Assembly (NCBI RefSeq): GCF_964355755.1
Contig: NC_092672.1
Coordinates: 34,106,437 to 34,170,436, forward strand
Source of the DNA: Antedon mediterranea
Taxonomy: Eukaryota > Animalia > Echinodermata
DNA length: 64,000 nucleotides
Direction: 5' to 3'
Part shown: positions 27,201-39,225 of the stretch, in pieces
Numbering within the stretch: the stretch's first letter is position 1
Layout: each line of letters opens with the position of its first letter
Program-made: the position numbers and the translations under genes
The notes under the pieces: model-generated
The model's database searches: none
What the model was told of the DNA's origin: nothing
The model's input: the letters and a program-made list of their open reading frames with translations, nothing else

Positions 27201-30200
27201 CCATGTTTCTTCAAAGTTTACAAGTACAGAAATCAATATGCTGATGTAGATAGATTGCACCATATAAATAAATTTAATGTTAACCAAATTGAAATACTAA
27301 CTTGAAATCTCTGGTCGATAGCTGATATAAGTTGAATGATCAAAGCTGACACTAAATCCGCACATATCGTCAAAGTCATCTAACAACAAAAAAGTTAAAA
27401 TAGTATCGATATAAAAGATCAATGAGGTCGAATGTCGTGAAATCAATCCGTGACCAAGAAGTGTTATGAGATATTTTCTATATCGAGAAATGATATCTGA
27501 TATTGTTAGTAGAACTTGTTATCTAGTTTAGTTATCGTCTGGAACTCGAGGAGTCAGTCACGTTTGTTTTCATCTAGTATAGTTAAGAATCCAGCCTAAT
27601 ATCTAATGATATAAACATAAACAGATATCATGACTATAATTGTTTGGATGACTGTGTTGATTGTCTACACTATCAAACTTTATATGACAAATAAATGTGA
27701 TGTGCCCATATATGGACATGATGATGTCATATCACTACCATATTTGGGCACATCACACTTTTTAGTTAAACTAGTTTGATAGTGTAGACAGAGCTTTAAG
27801 TAGAGTGACATAACTTACTTGAATTAGGAAGGGGGCATTGAATGCATTCCTGACCCCAACCTCTACCTATTCCTGGATATCCACAACAACAGTCAGTGTA
27901 CGTTAACAGGTATGTCATTACAAGACCACAAACTGTTGTATCATTGTGGAAATATACTAACTCATAACACAGATCAAAGCCTATGGAAATAAAGAAATAC
28001 TTTACTGCAAAATTAAAACAATAAAAGCAATACCACTTTAAAATAATTTGTACAATCTATATTGTTCAGACATTTTTAAAATTATAAGCATTGATTTAGT
28101 AGGCTCTATATAAACCAAAATCATTTTCATATCTATTTAAATTTTTAGAAAGAAGTTCAGGGTGTTAATCTTAATATCATTTAATGTTTTGAATCCTTGT
28201 ATAAAGAAAATGTGTTAAAAAAGTAAAAAGTATCATTGATGATGAAACACATCCTCTTCACAAACAATTTGCTCTCATGAATTCTGGCATAAGACTACGT
28301 GCACTTAATACCAAAACAAAACGGTTTAGGTGCTCGTTTGTACCTAATGCTATACACTTATATAACTCCAGAGTACAAAGGTAAAATGTAACCGATAATT
28401 TTTATCTAATTTTAACAATTTTTAGCCTCTTAACCTTTTTGTGTGTGTTTTTGTAAATTGTATTTTATATTTTTGTATTTTGCCAGTTTTCAAATCACAT
28501 TTCTGTTTTTTAAATGGACAATAAAGTATATATGACTATGACTATGACTATGTTTCTTGTTCTTTTTTATTCATTGATCACAACTTACCAACTAGTGTAG
28601 AGAGGCTCTCTGTCTCAGGAGCTAAAACCACTGGTGGCGCTTTAATAGATAAACTTCCTGACTCCGATTGAGAATCGGACGAGGACATAAATGGTGGTAT
28701 TGGGTAAACAAATTGATTTTTAGTGGCGGATGGATCACGATGTGCTGCACCAAAACCCGAGGCTGACGTACATAGCTCAGAAAACAGTTCTAAAGAAAAC
28801 AAAAGTTGAACTTTAATACTTTTTTATCTTATTTCTTTACACAGTAAAACCCCTGCTTTGGGATATTAAGGAGACACTTTGCTGTGAAACAAAGGGACAC
28901 CTACTGTATATAGAGGTTCTATACTCTAAATCAGAGCAATATAAATTATGTTCTTATTTAATTTCTCATATTATACACCCAGTGAACCCATGTATGATGT
29001 GGTACCTTTAGTTCACTCTTTTTTACATCAAACAAGATTGTACTAAAAGTCTGTTTACACTATTAAACTAGTTTGACAACAAGAATGTGATGTACTCAAA
29101 TATGTCTATATATTGGCACATCACATTTTTTGTCACATAAATTTGATAGTGTAAACACTTACTTGAGTCAGTATGCGGACATCGTTGACATGGTCGTCCC
29201 CAGCCTTGTCCAATCAGACAGCAACATTCAGATATTGTCATACTAGTGTGCCAGGCATCATAGCAATAAAGTCCTGAGGAGTTTACCTTCTTACTCATGT
29301 AACATTCAGCTACAGTATAATAATGAATATACAGGTAATAAAACTTGTTATAAATTATAATTTCTTTTGTAAGGATTTTTTTTTTTTTTTTGAAGGTTAA
29401 ATACTGATTTAATTTTTTGATTGAACCATGTTTCATAAGTGTAGCCCATCTAGCAAAGCTGATCATTGGGCCGTCAGCAATACAATACATACTAAAGAAA
29501 TTTATAACAATTATTTGACCTAAAATGGTATTGTATTGAAAGCAAGTTCTAACTGGACTTCAAGGATGAACAAGTTTGACAAGATCCAATCTACTGTATC
29601 TAACATCATCAATTGAAAAACCGGGGCGGCCATGGGATATTTGTGTTATTGCAATAAAGATATTAGTTTGGTAGGGGCTTTTAGGGCTTAAGATGACAAT
29701 AATGGCCATATTTATAAACATACCTTGTACTTGTAGAATATCAACCCCATAATTATTTTTGTTAGCCCCTGGGTTTACATCTGATGGTATGCTAGGATAC
29801 CCATTAGACACCATTGATGATTCTAATGAAGATGACACTTTGTTTTGTCCTTCCAACACATTGCCAGACCCTTCATCCTCCGGCACCTCTAGAAAGGTTT
29901 TTCTACTATCATGTTTTAGATTTAAATTGCAGACAACTGGAGAAATAGAAATTTTTGTTTTGTTTAGCAAAATAATGCAGATAAAAAAAAATTTAGACAA
30001 ATTCAAAACTGACGAGTAAGTACATGCTTAATATTACAACAGTATAAAAAAAATATTTTTTTCCTCAAACTTGTTGAAAAATGATAATTTGTAAGCACAC
30101 ATTTTTGCAATATTTTAATGATTTTGATGATATATATATATATGGTATATATATATATTATTGTTAACCTTTAAATTTCGAGAACAAATAAAGTTTTTGA

Positions 30201-33200
30201 ATTTAATTGAATAGAATAACAAAACATTTTTTAGGCGGATACTCAGTCTCCAGCTCCTCCTTTATTTCATTTCATTCTTTCATTCATTTTTTTCATTCGT
30301 TCCCTCTTTCTAACATTTCAGATGCACCCCTGAGTTAATTAGAAAACAAGATTTTATATAAAGCCTTGTCTACACTATCAGACTATGTGACAAAAAAATG
30401 TGATGTGTCATGTCATGGACATGATGATATTGTATCACTACCATATTTGGGAATATCACCGCCATATTTGGGCATATCACACTTTTTTGTCAAACAAGTT
30501 TGATAGTGCAGACAGAGCTTTAGACGATGAAATTACCATCAGAATATTGTTTGCAAGGCTGACATTCATCTCCCCATGCTTTGACATTTGGCTGACAACA
30601 ACAATCTGTTTGGCTAAATTCACCAGCCAATGCTTCTGAGCATGCCCAGTAGTCTTCCTTCACGTGAGATATATTCTTGTAGCATGGTGCAATAACAACA
30701 ACTGTTAAAATTAGATATAATATTTTAACTTTTATATTAGATAATATCAATCAGTCAACCTTCCCTTTGGGCTGACCTAATACGTCTGGTTTTTCGGAAA
30801 GTCTGGTATTCAGAATGTGTTTTTAATGGTAAAAATTAATTTGAGACCTTTTGTACCTCAAGAAAAGTCTGTTTTTGGGAGAGTTTCTGGTTTTCAGAGA
30901 GTCTGTATTGGGAGAATTAACAGCACAAATATTTCACAATGATTGAAAATAATTTTCTCATCTCAAAGTTTTGTTACTTAAACTTAATAGCCATCTTGGA
31001 AGACAACTGACCAATATTCTGTTTTCACAATTTTTGTTTTATCGTACTATTGGATTATAATATTGACAATCACAGGATACAAACCTTGAGAAGAGTCACT
31101 TTGAACTGAATCAAAACCATCATCAATTTCCTCTACATCTATAGGAGATCCACACAACATATGATAGGTATCTACAAGTGAAAACAGGCAATTTAATTTA
31201 TAGCAGTCACCAGTAACTGTAGTAAAACAATTATGAGTCCAAACTGTTTGTAGCACTTTTTTATTTCATAATTTTAAAAGTACTAGTTTGCCTTTTATCA
31301 GACTGAAAATATGAGATTATATCTCACTTTGAAGCACATTGAAGCAAAAATATAATATTTTAATAATTTCATTCAAGTTTCAAATATATCATTTTCTACT
31401 CTTGAAAATAACAGATTATCATCTCCTTCACTTGTGTTTTTCAATCTATACTTTCTATTCTCAATGATGGTTCACTTTTGCATAAACTTATTTTAATTAA
31501 TTGCATGTTTTAAAACTTATATGATATATATAGGAAGACACATCAAGCCTAAGGTTTATTTGTTAAATTACAACTTAAACTGCTTGTGAAAGTTAGTTGC
31601 CTCTCATTTACAAATGTAACATTCATAGACACAAATGTATGATTAGTCTTTTTATCAAGAAGCTTTCAAAGTTAATTTGACACTTCAGGAAAGGAATCGC
31701 CTCATAGGCCTACATACATTACATGAATGCAAGTAGGCCTAGGCCTAAACTTATATATGTAAATTACCTAAGCCATAAGCAGGGCAGCTGAAGTGTTTAG
31801 TCTTCCACTGTACTCTGTCCAATCCCTTTTCACAGCAACAGATTTTGAATGCTGCTTGTGCTTGAGCATTGATTTCCATTGAAGATGACCCAGGGACATC
31901 AATAGAGCAATCATCTTCTGGATGTATGTCAGGAACAGGAGGTGGAGCTATAATTTAACGAACCAATCGCAAATTAGTTTTTACTCTAGGCTATAGTTGA
32001 CCACGAAGGAGGCTAAAATGCAAGCGTGATGCATGGGAAAATAACTCATCCTGCTTACCAAGCCTAGGCCTAGGCCCTACATCTTCTATGAGTCGAATAA
32101 TCAATTTGTCCTACTGAGTGACTTCAATTCCCGCTTCAATTCTAAGTTTCTTCTACATCAAAGCACAGAACAAAGACACAAAATGATTGTATTTCCTAAT
32201 TTATTAGCTAGATTTAACTTTTACATCAAAATATACGGTCTTAAAATCTCCAAAGTAACCCAGTTCGTCGTTGTCTCAACTCACTTTCTCGAACCCGAAA
32301 ATATTTCAGTGCCGCGCCTGGTGCTAAAAGAACGTGATTGGATGAAGTAGTCGTCTGCTTAACAACACTGTTAACCAATCACAGACTCTGAAAGTTATTG
32401 GGATACTACATTATTGGTAGAGGGTATATTTATAAAAGAAAGTTTTGAATCTTAGACTTACCAGATAGAATACTCGGAAGAAGATGATTGATAACAATAT
32501 GAGCTTCCGCATTCGCATTACACAAATTGGTAAATTCATCTAAGGAATAATAAAAGCAATTTAAAAATTAATGAATAAATGGTAATCATCGCAGTCTTCT
32601 TTAGATAATATCGTTAACGTCTTCATAAGAGCTTTTTATTGTTTACAAATCCCCAATTTCTTTCGGATGAGCAATTTATTTTTTAGTGGCATACATCTAA
32701 CATAACAATAATCAACAATTATCTACTATAATCAAGGCATGAATCTAACAACAGGACATGAGCTCGCCTTGACAAGATATTAAATCGTAACAGTCCTTTG
32801 ATCATATGTCTGTCTGCGACAAATACCACAGTGATGTACTAAGAGCCATTTTCTGTAAGAAAGAAGATTCGATGGCAGATGTAAAAAAATGGATCTGGGG
32901 CGTAGAATTGATCATGTCGCAGCCACAGATAACCCTTTGATCTCCAGAGCTCAGAATCCTATTGTTAGATTGCCTTGCTTTAATTAACAACATTATACCA
33001 TACCTGACGTCACAAGAGGACAGTCGTCACATCGGGGTCCCCAAGATTCGCCCAACAAATCACAACAACATGACTTCCACGTGTATCGACCTTCAACAGC
33101 ATAACACTCACGTGATGCGTTTGGATAGGTGAATGAACCAAAGAAACAATAGGACTTTATATCTATGAAAAAAAATGCAAACTTTATATTTTAAATCTCT

Positions 33201-35523
33201 GTCTACACCTTGGATTAAAGAATAATTAATTAATTATTCTTTACTCCATGGTATATAGGCCTACACTATAGTTTCAAAAGTGTGAGCTGCTCAAATATGG
33301 TAGTGATATGACGTCATTGTGTCCATATATGGGCACATAACAAATATTGTTTTGTCACATTTAAAGTTTGATATTTTTAATTAAGTAAAGAATGCGGTAC
33401 ACTAAAAAATAATCACAGGAAAGTATCCCATAATAGGAGTGTCTATTGAATATGGGTGTCCCAAAGGAAGGGTTTACACTGTAACTTGTAAAGCCTCCAG
33501 CAATGTGATAGGATTTAAAAACCTAAATTTAGAAAGCTGTTACGGCCATATAACTATCTATTGTAACTATGCGTACGATTATTAAACGAATTAATAGGAA
33601 CCCGTCGTACATGTTAAGCCTATAAAAGGGTCGCAAATTACTCATAAATCAAAGTATAGAGGCACCGGTCGTCTCTGTATATGCACGTGTCATTATTTAA
33701 TTACCTCATATAATCATACTATCTTTGAATATAAAATTAAATTGTATAGTGAAACAGTGAGGTGTTCTGAGATTCTATTTTCGGAATTGTTCTGTTCTGT
33801 TGTCTTGATGAATTTGTGGTAAAATTAGTAAGAATAGTGGGGATGGTGTTAACGGTAGGATTGTCTATATGCGATAAAAATCGCATATAGTATACTATGA
33901 GTTTCCTGATTATTACTGGTTTATAGTGATGGATTAAATTCAAATTTAAATTCTTTATTTTCAAAAAAAGTAAACATTGTTGAATTTACAATATCAAAAT
34001 AACAATTAAAAAATAATTAAAATTACAAGTTCATTACAACATATAAAAATGACATCAAAATATTTAAAGCATAATGATAAAATGTTATTTTAAAATTAAA
34101 AAACAAGCGCTGCGAAACATGTGTTTATTACTGGTTTTATAGTGCTGGGTATTATGTAACATGGAGACGCAGATAAGCAACGTCATCACTCCTTATCCAC
34201 CAGTAGATGAGTATACTAATCAGCCTAAAGCACTGACATGTATCTACAAAATGTAGAATCACTTAATCCTCTCGGACTGCACTCATCTGTTCAGTTCTCA
34301 TTGACCGTAAGTTATCGTAGCATCTTGTTACATACAAGACATTTTAGTGCGCGTAATGTTTATGGCAGATAGTAATGGTGGATTATTTACTTATGATGTC
34401 ATTCACCTCCGCGCATTTTAGTTTGTTTTTGTCGTCTGCATTTTAGTTTGTTTTTGTCACAAATATAACATTGATTTTTAAGTAAAACGGATAATCACTT
34501 TCTAATGCTTGGAGCGTCACATACCCCTATCTCACCACCCTCTCCCCCAGCCCACCGTATTCAACGTATTAGGTTATTAATAGGCTCAAGTTCTGTCTAC
34601 ACTATCAAACTTTATGTGACAAAAAATGTGATGTGTCCATGTACATGATGATGTAATATCACTACCATATTTGGGCATATCACTACCATATTTGGGCACA
34701 TCCCACTTTTTGTCAAACTAGTTTGATAGTGTAGACAGAGCTTAATTAAAATAATAATAATAATAATAATTGCTTTTAACCATCACATTTGAGAGGATTA
34801 TCAGATCAAACGTCATTTGCGTAAAACAACCCTATTTTGCAGTATGATGGTTAAAAGCAATTATGCGGATTATAGAATATGTGGTATATATCTACAAAAA
34901 TTGTTATTAATATTTTTAAAATGTTATGTTATCGTTTTGTTTAAATATTAATACATATTTCCTTATTATAGGCCTTTAATATAGATATTTTTTTCAAACG
35001 TCTGACTATATACTTATACTAATATAACTGACTTATATACCAATGGAACTATCATTGTTATACATTCACTTTTTACTATAATGATGATTTGTTTCGATTG
35101 AAAAAATGTTATTGTGGTTTCTTTAATTAACCAATTAATTTATTTTGTTTTTCTGTTTTTTTTATTCGTGATTTATTTAATTACGACGAAATAAAAAACA
35201 AAAAATGAACTTATCTCAGAAAATGTTTAATATATTTATACATTATCTTGTTCTTTTTTATGCATGATGTGTGACGATCAAAGAAATAAATTATTAGAAA
35301 AAATGTATCATCAATATAACGTAGGCCTCTACCGAGTAAATTAATGACGCAAAAATAAATTAATGACTTTATATTATTAATAACCGCTTGTATTTTAAAA
35401 AATAATATTGTATGACCATCGTTTAAAGTTACAGATATACTTACCATGTTCCTTATCAACTGGTTCCGAAGAAAATATGAATAAAGCCTCAAAGAAAAGC
35501 AAAATTGCCAAATAATATTTCAT
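3273..35523 (-). CDS. Class-B (Methuselah/adhesion-like) GPCR with ectodomain of 7 TB (8-Cys) domains + 4 EGF/cbEGF domains, ~1465 aa
   Basis: 20 GT-AG exons: 35523-35445 (signal peptide MKYYLAILLFFEALFIFSS), 33162-33004, 32539-32462, 31947-31768, 31171-31085, 30701-30537, 29936-29724, 29309-29163, 28789-28589, 27980-27819, 27379-27302, 26306-26115, 25600-25550, 25332-25162, 8541-8485, 8291-8175, 6699-6448, 5988-5866, 5628-4040, 3569-3273. Sum 4398 nt, one open frame, all ectodomain introns phase 1. TB motif C..C..CCC..WG..CxxC, with the last Cys in the next exon. cbEGF consensus D-x-(D/N)-E-C...C-x-N-x-x-G-S-(F/Y)-x-C. 7TM motifs LRTLLGK, HYVWLAAFFWMNAM, YGWGAP, CW, LMGFTWIFGF, NSLQGVFIF. 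Confidence 0.85.
3730..3917. mobile_element. Tc1/mariner-type MITE
   Basis: TA|CAGTGAAACC ... GGTTTTACTG|TA ends with internal GGACACC repeats. Confidence 0.55.
6755..6898. mobile_element. PIF/Harbinger-like MITE (representative of an abundant ~150-190 bp family)
   Basis: TIR AGCTCTGTCTACACTATCAAACT with TAA/TTA flanks and internal CATATCACTACCATATTTGGG repeats. Further full or partial copies near 7533, 7670, 27004, 27661, 29049, 30362, 33196, 34590, 40764+42364, 42519, 44235, 44635, 57974, 59568, 63666. Confidence 0.75.
6903..7528. mobile_element. Kolobok-like non-autonomous DNA transposon
   Basis: TTAA|AGACCCTTTCCCTGC ... GTAGGGAATGGGGCT|TTAA: short imperfect TIRs with TTAA on both sides. 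A shorter relative in opposite orientation lies at ~43096-43452. Confidence 0.6.
7838..8171. repeat. Minisatellite, ~37-42 bp unit (GGACTAGACTAGGCCCCTAACACCACCTGGTTACGGGTGTACA) x ~8
   Basis: Tandem copies visible directly, abutting the splice donor at 8173-8174. Confidence 0.9.
11386..17563 (+). repeat. 106-bp satellite array, ~58 copies
   Basis: Monomer ACTTAACAATATACAACAAATAACATTAATGTATGATCCCGTTTAACACTGTTCTCAACTATAGTCATTTTGGTATACTTGAGCACAGTGATAAAGAATAGGATAA. Period measured 16141 to 16247. Confidence 0.97.
17577..18200 (+). repeat. Degenerate ~87-bp tandem repeat (~7 copies, ~2 more at ~18970-19137)
   Basis: Recurring AATAACACTA...GAATATGACGTG...CACGTACATATGTTGATGAGTATATTGATATAAATCGACTTTTAAAAGTG. 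Confidence 0.85.
19143..22465 (-). repeat. 106-bp satellite array in inverted orientation, ~31 copies
   Basis: Reverse complement of the monomer at 11386-17563. Confidence 0.97.
25778..26030 (+). mobile_element. Degenerate tRNA-derived SINE
   Basis: A-box-like TGGCTTGGTGG and B-box-like GGTTCAAGTTC at tRNA spacing, followed by a body and an AT-rich tail. Confidence 0.45.
28120..28552 (+). mobile_element. 3' fragment of a non-LTR retrotransposon (Rex1/Babar or L2-like)
   Basis: Translates SIIDDETHPLHKQFALMNSGIRLRALNTKTKRFRCSFVPNAIHLYN, similar to the C-terminus of the LINE at 50040. Ends in AATAAA plus a (TATGAC)n tail. Confidence 0.7.
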
Positions 35524-36760
35524 CGTTCCGTCCTTGTAATATCCGATATTTATGTATTTTCTTGTCGTAAATTTCCTGAATCTTTGTAATATATTAAACT
35601 CTGTAAACACTCAAAATGCATTTTCTTGTTCAAATTGTATATTTTTTAGAATTTCAAATTTAGCATTTGATCCAAAAATGTCGGCAACTAGTTTGTCTGT
35701 CTGTCTGTTATGTTCCGTCGTGTGCACTCAATCATCCATAAGTTAGAATTTCTGATTTTAGAAATGGCCCGAATGATAAATTACCAGTTATAGTGTATTA
35801 GCCGCTTCACTGCTATCTTCCTATGCAATTAATATTATATCTCGTACTGGGTATCAGAGCCAAGTTGGATGTGTGCTCATACCTGATTGGCTACTACTAC
35901 TCTCAGCGTAGAATTGTTCAACTACCCGAGTGAAGTTTCTAAATACTGCATAAATTAGCATTTACTTGCTTACGAACTATAGACAAGTATGATTCCAACT
36001 ATAGGATGGAACGCAAGAGTTGGATGATCCAAACTCTCGTTTATGATTGGTCAAATTATTTGTGTTGCATATACGTCTTATGTAATGTTTTTTAGTACAA
36101 CTTCCCAATTATAAAACAATAGTCCATTTAAAAAGGCAGCGCCCCAATGTTGGTCGGGGAACAGTATCGCAAGCCACACTGTTGCGCACCACAACTCTAA
36201 AAATCTATAATCGAAATCTGCAGTATAATAGAACATAGAACTTTTATCGTGCAATATAACTAATACTTAACGGCACGTGATACGAAATTAACCAATCAAG
36301 TGTCAATAATAGTCAAGTGCGTTATACTGAATGTACTATTGTATCGGCCAATGAATTCGTGTGCACACAATACTGGAAGAGAATTCCACAAGCACTGCCC
36401 TATAAAAAAAAACATATAATTTACCAGACTGTATAACACCCAAAGGAAAAGGAGGACATGATGATATAGCATTAATACAGTTAGTATCATGAAGCTAATG
36501 GAAAAGCTATTAAAAGCTTTATCTATCATCCAAAAGACTTATTTGCTCAAATTATGTTCACTCGTGAAATTACGTCATCAATGACATACAACATATGTTT
36601 TGATTTAATGAACTTATCAATAGGTATTATGTTATTGTATTCTCACGTACGTATAAGATAATATGATTTTGGTTTGATTGTTTTCACCCCGAATTTATAC
36701 GTTAAAGCGTGCTTCCTATACTAGCTTGTGATTGGTTGAGCAACGTCCATGCTTGGAACT

Positions 36761-36915
36761 AAAGCTTGTTTCCCACTAGAGACGCAATGCAATGACGTAA
36801 GCGCAACGCAAACGAGTTGACAAGCGACAATTCGAATAATCCATCGCTTTTGATTGGTCAAATCGCCTACGTTGCGTTACGTTCTTCCGTTGCGTCTCTG
36901 GCGGGAACTATCAAG
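36761..36915. mobile_element. Palindromic MITE (Harbinger-like); second copy at 52741-52906
   Basis: AAGCTTG(G/T)TTCCCACT ... GGGAACTAAGCTT ends, shared internal TGACAAGCGACA.TTCGAAT.ATCCATCGCTT.TGATTGGTCAAATC. Confidence 0.6.
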
Positions 36916-37349
36916 TTTAAGAAAAGGAATCGAGGTGGTATTGTTCATAATGTTAGAAAACGAAAATATACTAAACAGAAACAATTCAATTACATTCCAA
37001 ATTCTATAGTATTGGACGGATTTTAATTCATCAATTCTCTGTGGATTTGACATTATTACCTTGATCTATATAACACCGAAATTATAAATAATCCTCATAT
37101 TAATGAAACTAACGGATTGTAAATGACGAAATTTGCCAGTGATCAACAACCTTTTAACATAAATCAGTAAAAACATTAATATTACTACACCTGTTATATA
37201 TATGTGCAATAATGTCGCGCACTTCTCCACGAATGGTGCTCTGAATTTTTCAAAATCATAATTTTACTCGCGAATGAAAATTTCGAATTTGAAATGAGAA
37301 ACATCTTTCAGTTTATGTAGAAAAATATACAATACAACTCCTATTAAGA

Positions 37350-37670
37350 CCCCTTAATAGGGGTGTTGAGTGTTAAAACATATTATTTCCTCACGCCCGT
37401 TGATTTCATGAGAAGGTATCCTCCTAATAGGGCTGTCCCCTGAATATAGGGGTATCGTAGTGTTAAATAAATTCCCTCTTCGTTCATTTCATGAGAACGG
37501 GTTCCCCTTCATAGGAATGTAGGGGTGTCGTAGTGTTAAATATATTTCCTCTCGCTTGTTCATTTCATGAGAAGGTATCCTCATAATACTAGGGCTGTCC
37601 ATGAATACGTGGTTGCCTCTAGTGTTAAATATATTATTTACCCTCGCTCAATGCTCATTGATATCATGAG
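37350..37670. repeat. Degenerate tandem repeat, ~70-85 bp unit, ~4 copies
   Basis: Recurring AGTGTTAAA..TTTCCTC..TTTCATGAGAAGGTATCCTC. Confidence 0.6.
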
Positions 37671-38079
37671 GTGTAGATGTTCAAATGTATTTAATGCGGA
37701 AAACGTGATTGTAATTATTCTTTACCATGTTAATATAATATAGTACAATATTATTATTGTTCCAGATATAGTTTGAGATATATTATTGGTGTACTAAATG
37801 AAAGCTACAAAACTAGAGTTGAATTCTGTTGTAAATCGCTGCAGTCATTTATTAAATTGCAATAACTAATCACTACAAACGACAAATTTTACAAAATCAT
37901 ACCATTAAAAGCTGGATAAAAACCAAATACACAAAACTCAGCTACAACTTATCGTACTGTAATTGATTACATATTTATAAAGGTTGTGTAAAACCTCAAA
38001 GAAAATGTAAGAACTAGTACATATTATAGAAATTAATGATATTTAATATTACCTTGAATTGTATAATTTAAAGTGAAAG

Positions 38080-38640
38080 TTTATTTGTTCTCAAGCTAAG
38101 ATTTTATGTATTGGGAAAAAAAATCAGTTGCTCTCCACTTAAGTTTAGAATTTGAGAGTTGAATAATCCATTGGCACTCAAGATTTTAGGATAGAAACCT
38201 GAATTTATAAATTCTCTCAAATTAAGAATGTCTTGTGAATGTATTTGTACTCAAGCTAATATAAGAGATTGAAAATTGAATTTATATCTTTACTCAAATT
38301 AAGAACGCGAGTATTGTAAATCTATTGGAACTCATTGTTTGTGCAAAGCCCCAGGGAAGAACAACCATGTGTTGTTCTTGGTTAAATAAAGTTGAATTGA
38401 ATTGGGATGGAAAACTGAATTTATATCTTTACTCAAATTAAGAACGCGAGTCTATTGGCACTCGTGCTAAAATTTGGGATTTTTGTTTATGTACGGCCAC
38501 AGGAAAGAACAACCATGTGTTGATCTGGGCCTCTGTGGTTAAATAAAGTTGAATTCGGATTGAAAACTGAATTTACATCTTAACTCAAATTAATATACGA
38601 GTGTTGTAAATCTATTTGCACTCAAGCTAAGATTTGACAA
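38080..38640. repeat. Degenerate tandem repeats downstream of the RSRC2 stop codon
   Basis: Recurring TGAATTTATATCTTTACTCAAATTAAGAA, TCTATTGGCACTCAAG and GAACAACCATGTGTTG blocks. Confidence 0.6.
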
Positions 38641-39225
38641 AATAATTCTTAACATGCATGATGATGTGAATTTTTTTTTAAAGTAACAAAAGTTATGTCC
38701 AAATTTATATTACTGGAAAGCTGTTTCAGTACGTTACTATACAAACTATAAAAAACAAATTAATTACATTTTTCAGAAATTAATCTTAGAAAGAAATGAC
38801 AAATAAATGTATGATATAAAACTGAATAAAAGAATTAAAAATGAAAATCGACATGAAAAATATACAAGGTACGGTAGTTGCTTGAAACGTCTTGATTGAT
38901 ATGTAGCTTTCCTATCTGCAAACGACTTGACACGCATTGCAACGTGAATTTAAGAATGCAATTTAAAACGTAGGAAACCTGGTGTTAAGAATTTCCAGTT
39001 TTCTTGGCGTCACCGCTCTGGTAGAGTTGATATACCAACAATTACAACTACTAATAAAATTCTTGAGATAAATTTCTTTAAACCTATAATTATGCAAGTC
39101 CCATATTTATGTAAATTTAAAACATTCACTGCCAATATTGCTTTGGAAATAGCATGGGTCTTAATATATGCTACCAGAGGCAAGCATTTTGTCTTAGACA
39201 TGGTACTCCATAATAAATGCTGCGT

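Noticed and set aside
32462-32539. Alternative start MNLPICVMRMRKLILLSIIFF as signal peptide
   Set aside because: That frame ends in phase 0, incompatible with the next phase-1 exon. The other frame gives the TB-completing EFTNLC motif.
33737-33864. Extra Thr/Asn-rich receptor exon (DNPTVNTIPT...)
   Set aside because: It has a plausible acceptor but hits a stop before any convincing donor. It remains possible only as a minor terminal exon.
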